The notes under the pieces were generated by a model. That model was given only the letters and a program-made list of their open reading frames with translations. It searched no databases and was not told the origin of the DNA. The position numbers and the translations under genes were made by a program. Below, piece by piece: positions 1 through 9,847 of a stretch of DNA of 64,000 bases. Positions within the stretch are counted from its first letter, which is position 1. Each line of letters begins with the position of its first letter. The stretch lies in the NCBI GenBank assembly GCA_016194905.1, contig JACQAP010000026.1:28418-92417 (forward strand), given 5' to 3'. The stretch is from Betaproteobacteria bacterium (lineage in GTDB: Bacteria > Pseudomonadota > Gammaproteobacteria > Burkholderiales > JACQAP01).

Positions 1-687
1 ATTGTGACGGGACGGATATCTTGTTTCCAACACGCGCACATTCGCAAAATGTGGGCTCAGGAGGCGGATTAGGTCTTCCTTGGATTTGAAGTCGTACCGG
101 TTTCCATGAAGGTATCGGCCTTCACCGAATTCGAGAATCGTATAGCCGCTCAATATTCCATCCATAGCCAGTCGAGACTTGATGTCGGCCATGACCTTGT
201 CGATTTCCTGTTCCGTGAGATAGTCGATGCCGGCATCCCAGACGATATTGTTGAATGGTCCTGACGGCATTGAAGTGCGAATATCGGCGACGTTGTACTT
301 TACGTTCGGGGCTGCAAAATGCCGTCTGGCAAATTGAATCGCTTCCGGATCGTAATCCAGTGCGATGATGGATCCGGCCCGAATTGAATAGAAGTGATAG
401 GTATTGAACCCATCCCCGCAACACAGCTCCAGAACCTTTGCGCCCTCCTTCATTGCGAGCAAACCGAATATCCCCCGCTCCCAACCCAGGGGCGTACGGG
501 ATTTTCGCCACAAATAGTACTGATCGAGAAAATGATCGAACCAGACTGGAGTAGGTTGCACGCCCCATTCGATCAGGAATTGGATCCGATGCGTGAAAGC
601 CGTTACCCGGCGCAACAGCTCGTTAATTTGCCGTATGAGGAAACGGCCTCCCAGAAGACGTACAAATCGGATTATTGCCGCGGCCAT
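1..687 (-). CDS. Class I SAM-dependent methyltransferase; 3' end cut by the window edge (ORF not present in the supplied track)
   Basis: My own minus-strand translation starts at ATG 685-687. The frame stays open to nt 1 (no TTA/CTA/TCA in plus-strand frame 1). The product MAAAIIRFVRLL...GAKVLELCCGDGFNTYHF...SIIALDYDPEAIQFARRHF...YNVADIR has Rossmann methyltransferase motif I (LELCCGDG) and the acidic motif II (ALD). Track ORF 122..568 is another frame of the same DNA. Confidence 0.75.
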   Translation of the reverse strand, partial: MAAAIIRFVRLLGGRFLIRQINELLRRVTAFTHRIQFLIEWGVQPTPVWFDHFLDQYYLWRKSRTPLGWERGIFGLLAMKEGAKVLELCCGDGFNTYHFYSIRAGSIIALDYDPEAIQFARRHFAAPNVKYNVADIRTSMPSGPFNNIVWDAGIDYLTEQEIDKVMADIKSRLAMDGILSGYTILEFGEGRYLHGNRYDFKSKEDLIRLLSPHFANVRVLETRYPSRHN

Positions 688-836
688 AGAGCACGTTCCT
701 GACTTCGGTATTCGAAAATATGGACCGAGAGAATACACTAGTCATGCCCGTCGAATCGGCGCAATCCGGGCGCCAGCCGGTCCCGCATCTGGCGGCGAAA
801 GGTACAATTGCCCGACTGTGTGGAGTTTGGTAAATC

Positions 837-1547
837 ATGCTGGCCTTACTGCGATCTCTACATCAAAGCACACAACATCTGGATGGAGAGGCGCGTCACA
901 TCATTCGCCTGCTGAGGACGACGGGAACCGATGCGGGCGTGCGCGTGCTCGACGTCGGCTGCGGGTATGGGCGGATGCTTCGGCTGATGATCTCTTCGGG
1001 ATGGGATGCCGCCGGTGTCGAAATAAATCCGGAGATCGTCGAAGCCAACCGCAAAGCCGGATTGCGTTGTTGGACGGCCGAGGAGTTCAAGCAGTCAACG
1101 GAACAGTTCGACGTCATCCTGATGGCCCATGTGATAGAGCATTTCAGCCCCGCCGATCTGCTGGCCTTCATGGATTCCTACCTGGATCGCCTCAAGCCGG
1201 GCGGACGGTTGATCGTAGCGACCCCGCTCATGAGCGACTATTTCTACGATGATTTCGATCACGTCAAGCCGTATCAACCGACCGGGATTCTGATGGTATT
1301 CGGCGATGGAGCCGCCCAGGTCCAGTACTACGCTCGCAACAGACTCGCGTTGCGTGACATCTGGTTCCGGCGCAGTCCGCTGCGCATAAGCCATTCCCGC
1401 TCGCGTTACGTCCGCTCGCCGTGGAGATTTGCCCTGATCGCGTTGGATTTCATTGCCGCAGTCGCATACCTGGTCAGCGCCCGGTCGATCGGCAAGACCA
1501 ACGGCTGGGTTGGCGTTTTCGAGAAGCAGATCAGCGCCAAGCCATGA
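837..1547 (+). CDS. Class I SAM-dependent methyltransferase
   Basis: 236-aa track ORF with motif I VLDVGCGYG, GVEINPE and LKPGGRLIV. It is divergent from the edge methyltransferase. Confidence 0.8.
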   Translation: MLALLRSLHQSTQHLDGEARHIIRLLRTTGTDAGVRVLDVGCGYGRMLRLMISSGWDAAGVEINPEIVEANRKAGLRCWTAEEFKQSTEQFDVILMAHVIEHFSPADLLAFMDSYLDRLKPGGRLIVATPLMSDYFYDDFDHVKPYQPTGILMVFGDGAAQVQYYARNRLALRDIWFRRSPLRISHSRSRYVRSPWRFALIALDFIAAVAYLVSARSIGKTNGWVGVFEKQISAKP

Positions 1548-1631
1548 AAAATCGGAATCTGGCATCATGATCCGCTGCCTGAGATCTTCGCCAAACTCGC
1601 GAGTGCTCGCCATCATCCGGCCTGAAATTCC

Positions 1632-2762
1632 GTGACTACAAACAAAATCCCGTTTTACAAACCTACGTTGACAGGGACAGAAGCCGCCTTTGTGCGGCGA
1701 GTGGTCGAAACCGGGCCCTACAGCGGCAACGGCCCGATTGCGAAGCAATGCGAAAGCCTGATCAGCAAGTCGATGGGAACAGGAACCGCGCTACTGACCC
1801 CTTCCTGCACCGCCGCCCTGGAAATGGCCGCACTTTTGATCGACATTGAGCCCGGCGATGAAGTCATCATGCCCAGCTTCACGTTTGTGAGCTGTGCCAA
1901 TGCCTTTGTGCTCAGGGGTGCGGTACCGGTATTCGTGGATGTCCGCCCCGATACCATGAACATGGATGAAACCAGGATCGAGGAGGCCATATCCAGTAAG
2001 ACGAAGGCGATCCTCATCGTCCACTACGGTGGCGTCGGATGCGCGCCGAATCGCGTCAGGGAGATAGCGGACAGGCATCGCATCTGGCTTATCGAGGATG
2101 CGGCCCAGGCAATAGGTGCGCGCTACAAAGGCGATCCGCTGGGAACCGCGGGCCATCTTTCGACCTTCAGTTTCCACGAAACGAAGAATCTGCATTGCGG
2201 GGAAGGCGGGGCCTTGGTCGTCAATGACAAAGCTCTGTTGGAACGCGCGGAAATAATCAGGGAGAAAGGCACCAATCGCAAGCAATTCACGCTGGGCCTT
2301 GTCGACAAATATACCTGGGTCGATATCGGCTCGAGTTTTCTGCCCGGCGAAATAAGCTCCGCCTTTCTTCATGCGCAGTTGCTGTCCATGGACGATGTCA
2401 CCAGGCGCCGCCTGCGATTATGGAAACTGTACGATAACGGGCTCAAGAACGAATCCCTCGAAATCATGAATCCTCCGGCGCATTGCGATCACAATGGCCA
2501 CCTTTTCTTTGTGAAGACGAGAACTCGGGAAATCAGGGCGAAGTTCATTGAATATCTGCGGGCGAAGAATATTGGCGCTTCGTTTCACTACATTCCCCTG
2601 CATTCCTCTCCGTATGGCACGAAAGTCGGCAAGCATGGCGTTGCGTGCCCAAACACCGAAGATCACGCGGGACGATTGGTGAGATTGCCGTTGTTCACCA
2701 GCCTGTCGAATGACGAAATCCAGTATGTCATCGAAACGGTCAACGCTTTCGACCAACATTAG
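1632..2762 (+). CDS. wecE: DegT/DnrJ/EryC1/StrS-family PLP aminotransferase, WecE-like (dTDP-4-keto-6-deoxyhexose 4-aminotransferase)
   Basis: 376 aa with a GTG start. It runs colinear with E. coli WecE as I recall it: LLTPSCTAALEMAALL, PGDEVIMPSFTFVS, FVLRGA.PVFVDVRPDTMN, FSFHETKN (PLP lysine), REKGTNR, DKYTW.DIGSS. The sugar stereochemistry cannot be read from the sequence. Confidence 0.85.
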   Translation: MTTNKIPFYKPTLTGTEAAFVRRVVETGPYSGNGPIAKQCESLISKSMGTGTALLTPSCTAALEMAALLIDIEPGDEVIMPSFTFVSCANAFVLRGAVPVFVDVRPDTMNMDETRIEEAISSKTKAILIVHYGGVGCAPNRVREIADRHRIWLIEDAAQAIGARYKGDPLGTAGHLSTFSFHETKNLHCGEGGALVVNDKALLERAEIIREKGTNRKQFTLGLVDKYTWVDIGSSFLPGEISSAFLHAQLLSMDDVTRRRLRLWKLYDNGLKNESLEIMNPPAHCDHNGHLFFVKTRTREIRAKFIEYLRAKNIGASFHYIPLHSSPYGTKVGKHGVACPNTEDHAGRLVRLPLFTSLSNDEIQYVIETVNAFDQH

Positions 2763-2767
2763 CGGGG

Positions 2768-4084
2768 TTGCAAGTGTGGCCTAAGGTTCTGGTCGTATCT
2801 CACAGTAACGGCGAGCGGGGTGCCTATAAGGCCGCGTCGTTGCTCTACCGTCATCTGTGCCGGCAAGGCGTGAACGCGCAAATGCTTGTTCGCGTGATGG
2901 AAGGAAATGACGATTCCACGATCGGGCCGGTTACGCGCCTAGGCAAATGGGTGTCCATGCTGCGCGATAAATCCGGGGTGGCATTGCAGCGGCTTTTCGG
3001 AAGTGATGACGGTAATACTTTGTCGCTGAACGTGCTGCCTTCCCGGTGGTCCGCGAAAATAAACAGCATGGATGTGGATGTAGTCAACCTGCAATGGGTT
3101 GGTCAGGAAACCTTGTCCATTCGCGATATCGGTAGAATCGAAAAGCCCGTGGTCTGGACATCGCAGGACCTTTGGCCGATTTCCGGTGCCAGACACTATG
3201 AGTACGGTTACGACGACAACCACACTTCCGGGCACCGGAGCAAAGCCCACGCAAATACCTCAGGGGAGCGGGTTTCGGTTGCGGTCGACAAGTGGGTTAA
3301 GAGGAGAAAGCAACATGCCTGGAATCGTGGCATGTCGATCGTTTGTCCCAGTCGATGGATGGCGGATCAAGTCAAATTGAGCGAGGTGGCGCGTTCATGG
3401 CATATAAGCGTTATTCCGAACGTTGTCGATACGGGATTGTTCAAACCCCTGCGAAAGCAGTTCTGCAGGGAGGTTTTCAATATCAATACGACCAAAAAAC
3501 TGGTGACCTGCGGTGCCTACAACCTCCTCAGGGATTTGAGAAAGGGCGGCGATTTGTTCATATCCCTGCTCGACAAGCTTGCCTCCCATGCAATTGCGTC
3601 GGACATTGAGATCTGCATTTTCGGGCAAGCGGAGCACCCGGGAAATCCGAAGTTGCCATTCCGGACGCACTGGATTCCCCGGATATACGATCAGCAGACA
3701 TTGGCCCTGATTTATAATCTGTCCGATATCGTTGTTGTTCCCTCGCGGGAGGACAACCTCCCGCAAGTCGGTACCGAGGCGCAGGCATGTGGCATTCCAG
3801 TCGCGGGCTTCAATTGCACAGGAATGCCCGACGTGGTCGACCACCGGAAAACCGGCTATCTGGCTAAGCCCTTTGATATGGACGACATGGCGCATGGCAT
3901 CGGTTGGATGCTCGAATCCCGGGAACGTTATGGCGCGCTGAGCAGTGAAGCCCGCTCCCGAGCCGTGCAGCTATGGTCGCCTCAAGTCGTCATTCCCCAA
4001 TATTTGAAAACCTTCCAGGAAGCCGTAGAACGGTGCAATTCCCTCAAGGGTATCAACGCACAATCACTCGTGAGTAGTGATTGA
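2768..4084 (+). CDS. Glycosyltransferase, GT-B fold (GT4/RfaB-like)
   Basis: 438 aa. The C-terminal VVVPSREDNLPQVGTEAQACGIPVAGF...GMPDVVDHRKTGYLAKP matches the E-x7-E region of GT4 enzymes. The start is uncertain (TTG 2768 or GTG 2774). Confidence 0.8.
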   Translation: MQVWPKVLVVSHSNGERGAYKAASLLYRHLCRQGVNAQMLVRVMEGNDDSTIGPVTRLGKWVSMLRDKSGVALQRLFGSDDGNTLSLNVLPSRWSAKINSMDVDVVNLQWVGQETLSIRDIGRIEKPVVWTSQDLWPISGARHYEYGYDDNHTSGHRSKAHANTSGERVSVAVDKWVKRRKQHAWNRGMSIVCPSRWMADQVKLSEVARSWHISVIPNVVDTGLFKPLRKQFCREVFNINTTKKLVTCGAYNLLRDLRKGGDLFISLLDKLASHAIASDIEICIFGQAEHPGNPKLPFRTHWIPRIYDQQTLALIYNLSDIVVVPSREDNLPQVGTEAQACGIPVAGFNCTGMPDVVDHRKTGYLAKPFDMDDMAHGIGWMLESRERYGALSSEARSRAVQLWSPQVVIPQYLKTFQEAVERCNSLKGINAQSLVSSD

Positions 4085-5004
4085 CAAGATCGGTGAAATC
4101 ATCGGCCTTGAATACAGCGCCCATCTGTTTGTTCGCATACAACCGCCCGGTGCACCTGCAGCGCACGATCGATGCGCTAAAGAGCAATCGTCTCGCTTCC
4201 CAGAGTGATTTGATAATCTATTGCGATGGTCCGAAAACTTTCGACGATAAAGCCGCGGTTCAGGAAGTGCGATCAATTGGCCGCTCCGTTTCGGGATTTA
4301 AATCGCTCAAGGTCGTGGAGCAGGCTGCGAATCTTGGTCTTTCGCGATCCGTCATAAATGGCGTCACGGAAACATGCGAAGCATTTGGCCGGGTGATAGT
4401 TCTCGAGGATGATCTGGTAGTGTCGTCCTCATTCCTGGATTACATGAATACGGCGCTGCAAATCTACGAGGGGGACGAAAGCGTATTCAGTATTCACGGT
4501 TATGTTTTCCCCGTTAAGATCCGCCTGCCCGAAACGTTCTTTTTGTTGGGCGCCGATTGCTGGGGCTGGGCGACCTGGTCCCGCGCGTGGCGACAATTCG
4601 AGGCGGACGGCGTCGAATTGCTCCAAAAGCTGACTCGCGAACGACTGCTTCGGCGTTTTGATTTCAATGGGGCGTACGACTATACCGGCATGCTCAAGCA
4701 ACAGATCGACGGCCAAATCAACTCATGGGCCATCAGATGGCAGGCTTCGGCACTATTGAAGGGGGGACTGACGCTATACCCCGGGCGTTCACTGGTGCGG
4801 AATATCGGATTCGACGAGACCGGGACACACAGCTACGCGACCGACGAATTCGATGTGGAAATCTCGCATGATCCTGTTCGGGTCGAACGCATTCCGCTTC
4901 GCGAAGACACAATCGCATTCGAGGCGTTCGCAGATTATTATCGCTCCATTCGTCCGTCCTTTTTGAGGCGAGCGGCCCGATGGCTGATGCGAAAAGCCCG
5001 GTGA
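4081..5004 (+). CDS. Putative glycosyltransferase (GT-A-like)
   Basis: 307 aa. ICLFAYNRP...IIYCDGP...VIVLEDDLVV looks like a GT-A N-terminus with a DxD-like motif. The start (TTG 4081 or GTG 4093) abuts or overlaps the upstream stop at 4082-4084. The function rests on weak motif evidence only. Confidence 0.55.
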   Translation: MTRSVKSSALNTAPICLFAYNRPVHLQRTIDALKSNRLASQSDLIIYCDGPKTFDDKAAVQEVRSIGRSVSGFKSLKVVEQAANLGLSRSVINGVTETCEAFGRVIVLEDDLVVSSSFLDYMNTALQIYEGDESVFSIHGYVFPVKIRLPETFFLLGADCWGWATWSRAWRQFEADGVELLQKLTRERLLRRFDFNGAYDYTGMLKQQIDGQINSWAIRWQASALLKGGLTLYPGRSLVRNIGFDETGTHSYATDEFDVEISHDPVRVERIPLREDTIAFEAFADYYRSIRPSFLRRAARWLMRKAR

Positions 5005-5131
5005 TCCGAAAAAACGCGCCAAACCGCGGGCATTCCAACCGTACGGCACAAAATTCTCAGTTTGCTTTTCGGAAGACCTTGGAGTCATACGCGAATCGCC
5101 CCGTTGCACCTTCGCATATTCGGGACCCGGA

Positions 5132-5866
5132 ATGAAGGAAGCCATCAAGAACTTACTCCGTAAAGCAGGTTTCCAGATTGGCCGTTATGCGGTGCAGACC
5201 TCGACCGCCGCGCAGCTACAGTGCCTACTGCAATATGCTGGTATAGATCTGATAATCGACGTTGGTGCCAACAGCGGGCAATATGCCATGGCGCTCCGCG
5301 CTCATGGATACCGGGGCCGAATCGTCTCGTTCGAACCCTTGGCTGGCGCTCATGCACAACTGCAGAAAGCCGCTCGAGGCGATGCGCACTGGCAGGTTGC
5401 GCAGCGCATGGCTCTTGGCGATGCAGAAGGCGAGGTAACGATCCGGGTTGCGGGGAATTCGCAGAGCAGTTCCGTACTGGACATGCTTTCTGAACATGAA
5501 TCGGCTGCACCCGGTTCCCGCTTCATAGGAAGCGAGTTGTCGCCTTTGCGTCGGGTCGACCAGGTCGCTGGAGACTACATGCAGGGAATGCAATCCGTGC
5601 TGCTCAAAATCGATACCCAGGGGTACGAAGATCGAGTCCTGCGTGGAGCTACGGGAATCATGAATCGCATCTCGGCGATTCAAGTCGAGCTATCTTTGGT
5701 TCCGCTCTATGCCGGACAGTTGTTGTTCGATGAAATGCGACGAGAAATAGAGTCTCTGGGCTACGTGCTGTTCGCAATATTCCCGGGCTATGTAAATCAG
5801 AACACCGGTCAAACGGTGCAGGTGGACGGGTTCTTCGTGCGCAAGAGCATTGCCTCGGGAAGTTAA
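5132..5866 (+). CDS. FkbM-family methyltransferase
   Basis: 244 aa with IIDVGANSGQYA, IVSFEP, ALGDAEGEVTI, GNSQSSSVL and LKIDTQGYE, which are typical FkbM motifs. Confidence 0.85.
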   Translation: MKEAIKNLLRKAGFQIGRYAVQTSTAAQLQCLLQYAGIDLIIDVGANSGQYAMALRAHGYRGRIVSFEPLAGAHAQLQKAARGDAHWQVAQRMALGDAEGEVTIRVAGNSQSSSVLDMLSEHESAAPGSRFIGSELSPLRRVDQVAGDYMQGMQSVLLKIDTQGYEDRVLRGATGIMNRISAIQVELSLVPLYAGQLLFDEMRREIESLGYVLFAIFPGYVNQNTGQTVQVDGFFVRKSIASGS

Positions 5867-5868
5867 CG

Positions 5869-7230
5869 GTGTCGACCATGCGTCCGGTCATCCTGATGAT
5901 TGAACATGGACTGGGCGGTGGAGTTGAGCGCCATGTAAGCGATCTCACGCACCTGCTGCGGGATCAGGCGGATTTCTTCCGCATGGTGCCGGCAAAGGGT
6001 GGATTGCTCCGCATCAGGCATGGAATGGCCGGATATCCCGCAGAGCTGTTTTTTGACCCCGTAAGGGAAATAACCCCGCTCGTAACGTTTCTTCGGGCAG
6101 TGCGCATTCAACGCGTACATTTTCATCATACAGTTCGCCTTCCGTGGAATCTCAGCCTTCTGCCGGGAGATTTGGGTGTGCCTTACGACTACACGGCGCA
6201 CGATTACTTCTCGTTCTGTCCCCAAATTACGCTTACGTCCGAGCATTTCCGCTACTGCGGCGAACCGGACGACGCGGGTTGCGATCGATGCCTGTCAGTT
6301 CGTCCTACGCCCCTGCGCGAGGACATATCGGGCTGGCGATACCGTTACCGCAAATTTATCGAGGGCGCCGCTCGGGTGTTTGTGCCAACCGCTGGCGTAG
6401 GGCAGCGCTTGATGCGCCATTTTCCCGAAGCCAGGATTGTGCTTGCCCCGCATCCGGAACCTTCAATGGTTCCACGTGCGCCAGTTCGGATTTCCACCGG
6501 AAAGGGAAAGCTGCGGATTGCCGTACTCGGCACGCTGAATCCACCGAAGGGTGCAGACCTGCTCGAAAGTTGCGCACAGGACGCAACCGTTCGCAAATTG
6601 CCGATCGAATTTCTTTTGCTGGGAGAGGCTTATCGCTCGCTCGCGCAAGCGCCACGGGCTGCACTATATGTTCACGGGTCTTACAGGGACGCCGAGCTGG
6701 ACGATCTTCTGGCTCGCATGACGCCGGATCTTCTTTGGTTTCCTGCGCAATGGCCGGAGACCTACAGCTACACGCTCAGCGCCGCGATGCGCCTTGGTTT
6801 CCCGATTGCAGCGACGGATATTGGTGCGTTCCATGACCGGCTCGCAGGGCGGAACGGAAGTTGGCTGCTACCCTGGGATACCGAGGCTCGAGAGTGGAAT
6901 GATTTTTTTGTGCAGCTTGCCGCGCGAGGCGAAGACGACCGGACAGAAGCAGCGAGGCTCACGCCCGCCACGAAGAGCGCATATTCCTATGAGACGGATT
7001 ATCTGCAGGTCTGGGCGCCAATTGAACCTGCTGCGACGTCGAAATCCGACTTTCTGCGATTCGCGAGGTCTTGGCGGGCGCGCCCGGGGTTCCTGATGGA
7101 TGCGCTAAAGGAGAGCTTGCAGGCGCGACTGCGCTACGCATATCGTCTGCCGGGGGTGCGACGAGTCGCTACGGTGTTGATTCCCGAACATCGACTTCAG
7201 CGCGTGCGGCGCTGGTTGGACCGTTTTTGA
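5869..7230 (+). CDS. Hypothetical protein, possibly a glycosyltransferase (GT-B-like)
   Basis: 453 aa, starting 3 nt after the FkbM stop. N-terminal ILMIEHGLGGGVERHV and central LRIAVLGTLNPPKGADLL resemble GT-B N/C-domain starts. The coding call is good; the function is uncertain. Confidence 0.5.
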   Translation: MSTMRPVILMIEHGLGGGVERHVSDLTHLLRDQADFFRMVPAKGGLLRIRHGMAGYPAELFFDPVREITPLVTFLRAVRIQRVHFHHTVRLPWNLSLLPGDLGVPYDYTAHDYFSFCPQITLTSEHFRYCGEPDDAGCDRCLSVRPTPLREDISGWRYRYRKFIEGAARVFVPTAGVGQRLMRHFPEARIVLAPHPEPSMVPRAPVRISTGKGKLRIAVLGTLNPPKGADLLESCAQDATVRKLPIEFLLLGEAYRSLAQAPRAALYVHGSYRDAELDDLLARMTPDLLWFPAQWPETYSYTLSAAMRLGFPIAATDIGAFHDRLAGRNGSWLLPWDTEAREWNDFFVQLAARGEDDRTEAARLTPATKSAYSYETDYLQVWAPIEPAATSKSDFLRFARSWRARPGFLMDALKESLQARLRYAYRLPGVRRVATVLIPEHRLQRVRRWLDRF

Positions 7231-7245
7231 TCGAATGTCGAAAAT

Positions 7246-8079
7246 TTACAATCGCGACCAGTGGCGCTTCTTTCCGAATAGTGCCCGAAGAAAATCCATG
7301 ATCGCATGACCTCGTCGGTGTCCGAAGAGGTTTACCAGCGCGCTTCGGATCCAAGCGGCGAATAACCGGACAATCCATGCTGGTCGGGGAATAAGAATGC
7401 CGTGGGTTACTTGTGCGCGACGTAGCTCCCATAAAGTGCGCGTGTGGTTACCTGGCGCACTGCTTATGCCGCCGCTGCGATGGCCGGCAATAATGACATC
7501 TGGTATATAGAAAGCGTCTCGCTTTGGCAGCTCGCGCAACAGGAATTCATAATCTCCCGACAGACGATACGATGGGTCGAATAACCCATGTTCGGCAAAC
7601 AGTTCGCGGGCGTGGAAAACCCCCTGGTGCGACAACGACAGGTAAGCGCTTAGCCGCTTTCGGGTAGCATCCCAGGGCTCGCCCAGAAGTGCGAGTGTCT
7701 CCCCTTCCGAACCGACCAGGGCGACGCGTCCATAAATTACACGTGCGACCGGTGGGTCTCTCCGCAAGTACTGAGCCAATCGCGATAGTACATCCTGGTC
7801 AAGGAGGTAATCATCGGCTCCCAGAAAATAGAGCCACCTGCCGCGAGCCCGTTTAATGCCCTTGTTGAAGGCGTCGAATACGCCACGGTCCGGCTCGGAT
7901 AGCCAACTGTCTATTCGCGGTCCGTACGATTTTATCAATTCGACCGTCTGGTCGGTCGAGCCTCCGTCGACCACGATGATCTCTTTCTCGGAAAGGGTTT
8001 GGCCGATGACACTTTCGAGGCATTGCGCCAGCGTGCTGTGTGCATTGAAAGTTGGAACAATGATCGAGACCAGAATCAT
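7246..8079 (-). CDS. Glycosyltransferase family 2
   Basis: 277 aa with MILVSIIVPTFNAHSTLAQCLESV..Q, EIIVVDGGSTDQT and a later DD motif, the classic GT2 N-terminus. Confidence 0.85.
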   Translation of the reverse strand: MILVSIIVPTFNAHSTLAQCLESVIGQTLSEKEIIVVDGGSTDQTVELIKSYGPRIDSWLSEPDRGVFDAFNKGIKRARGRWLYFLGADDYLLDQDVLSRLAQYLRRDPPVARVIYGRVALVGSEGETLALLGEPWDATRKRLSAYLSLSHQGVFHARELFAEHGLFDPSYRLSGDYEFLLRELPKRDAFYIPDVIIAGHRSGGISSAPGNHTRTLWELRRAQVTHGILIPRPAWIVRLFAAWIRSALVNLFGHRRGHAIMDFLRALFGKKRHWSRL

Positions 8080-8852
8080 TTCATCGGTCTCAGAAAATAA
8101 CGGAGCATGCTCTCAAGGTGCCAGCGCATATGGCGCAGGCTGCGACGACTTTGCCTGCGGGCATCATGAATCGCCTCCACTGAAGGCACCATACGGATGT
8201 CAAATCCACGCGATCGGAGCCGCCTGCAGATATCCACATCCTCATAGTAGAGAAAGTAATTTTCATCGAACCCCCCGACTGCCGCGTATGCTTCCTTGCG
8301 AAATACCATGAACATACCGGCGACCCAATCCGGGGAAATCGGCTGATCAACGGCATCGTAGTCGACCGCCCGGACGCCGCCCAGGGCTTTCCGCGCGAGA
8401 AATGCGACTGTCGGAAAGCGGCGTGCGCTGTCTTCGATGCCGCCAGATGGCCCGAGGATCCTGGGAGCCGCCACGCCAACTTTGGGCCGCGAGAGTTCCG
8501 CGAGCAGCGCGGGAAACGGATTCCTTGAGATTCTTATGTCGGGATTGAGTACGCAAAAGAAATCTCCTTTGGCGTGACCGAACGCCGCGTTATGATTCGC
8601 GCCGAATCCCCTTGGTTTTGCGTTCTCAATAAGGACGGTGTTGAAGGGGATCGCTCGGCTGAAATAATTCCGGACTTCCGGTATGTTTTGGGTCAGTATG
8701 ATTTCCAGGCGTGTTTCGGTGATAGCCGCCAGATCCCCGATCAGACTACCAACCATCTTGCCATGGCCATGATTGACGATCGATACTGAAACCAGAGATG
8801 ACAGCAAATCAGACGAACAATTTTGACTTGTTGCGTTTTGTTCTGGCATCAA
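8076..8852 (-). CDS. Glycosyltransferase family 2 (rhamnosyltransferase-like)
   Basis: 258 aa with VSIVNHGHG, FCVLNPD and YFLYYEDVDICRRL. It overlaps the downstream GT2 gene by 4 nt. The start is uncertain because the 5' end overlaps the divergent gene at 8798. Confidence 0.8.
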   Translation of the reverse strand: MMPEQNATSQNCSSDLLSSLVSVSIVNHGHGKMVGSLIGDLAAITETRLEIILTQNIPEVRNYFSRAIPFNTVLIENAKPRGFGANHNAAFGHAKGDFFCVLNPDIRISRNPFPALLAELSRPKVGVAAPRILGPSGGIEDSARRFPTVAFLARKALGGVRAVDYDAVDQPISPDWVAGMFMVFRKEAYAAVGGFDENYFLYYEDVDICRRLRSRGFDIRMVPSVEAIHDARRQSRRSLRHMRWHLESMLRYFLRPMK

Positions 8853-9838
8853 TGGTCTTTCTGGTTCATGTACATGTATTGTCCGGTGAGCAAGGATTGG
8901 TTTTTCTTTCCCGTTATGTGTCTGCAGACCTGGCGGTGAAAAGTTTCTTCGTCGTAAGCGGCTTCCTGATCTTCCGCAGTTTCGAAGCGTCCCGGTCGGT
9001 CATTGATTATTTCGAGAAGCGCGCCAGAAGGATATACCCGGCTTACGCATGCGTTATCCTCGTTAGCGCGCTGATGGGCTTGGTTGTTACGCAGCTACGC
9101 TGGTCCGACTATCTCTCGATGCCGCTGCTGAAGTACCTGGCCGCCAATCTGGTATTCCTGAATTTCCTGACCCCTGCCCTGCCCGGTGTATTTACCGGCA
9201 ACTTTCTGGAAGTAGTAAACGGCGCGCTCTGGACACTCAAGATCGAAGTTGCCTTCTATCTTTTTGTCCCTGTCATCGCATTGCTGTTCCGCCGCTTCGG
9301 ATTTGTACAGGTGCTGGTAGTTCTCTACGTAATGTCCGTTATTTACCTGCTCTTTTTTGAGATCATGGCACAACGCACGGGCAGACCGGTATTCGATATG
9401 TTGGCAAGGCAACTGCCCGGCCAGTTGACGTATTTCCTGATTGGGGGCGCGTTTCATTATCGCGAGTCCCTGCTACGCCGCCGGACTTGGCCCATAGTGA
9501 TCCTCTCGGGGTTATGGCTGGTATTTGGCTCTGGACCTCTCGATGCCATTCTCGCCCCGATCTGCCTTGGCTTTGTTGTCATGTATTTTGCCATGGGGAT
9601 ACCCTCCCTCGGGAATTTCGGACGCTATGGCGATCTTTCCTACGGAATTTATATCATCCATTTCCCGGTATTGCAGTTTCTCGTCTGGAAAGGGTTTTTT
9701 GCCCGAAGCCCGGAAATTGCCTTTTTCGCGGCTATCGCAGTCATAAATTTATTGGCCTGGGGATCGTGGCATCTGGTCGAAAAACGCTGGTTGCGCAAAT
9801 CTTCGCACTATGTTCTGTCGACCGGACAAGCATCCTGA
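8798..9838 (+). CDS. Acyltransferase family 3 (polysaccharide O-acyl/acetyltransferase)
   Basis: 346 aa and very hydrophobic, with roughly 10 TM segments by eye. The N-terminal NNFDLLRFVLASMVFLVH fits acyltransferase-3. Confidence 0.8.
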   Translation: MTANQTNNFDLLRFVLASMVFLVHVHVLSGEQGLVFLSRYVSADLAVKSFFVVSGFLIFRSFEASRSVIDYFEKRARRIYPAYACVILVSALMGLVVTQLRWSDYLSMPLLKYLAANLVFLNFLTPALPGVFTGNFLEVVNGALWTLKIEVAFYLFVPVIALLFRRFGFVQVLVVLYVMSVIYLLFFEIMAQRTGRPVFDMLARQLPGQLTYFLIGGAFHYRESLLRRRTWPIVILSGLWLVFGSGPLDAILAPICLGFVVMYFAMGIPSLGNFGRYGDLSYGIYIIHFPVLQFLVWKGFFARSPEIAFFAAIAVINLLAWGSWHLVEKRWLRKSSHYVLSTGQAS

Positions 9839-9847
9839 TGCGGTCGA

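Noticed and set aside
122-568. 148-aa minus-strand track ORF (MGRATYSSLV...).
   Set aside because: It is an alternative frame of the real methyltransferase gene (1..687, minus). Its product is R/G/S-rich with no motifs, whereas the other frame gives a clean SAM-methyltransferase sequence.
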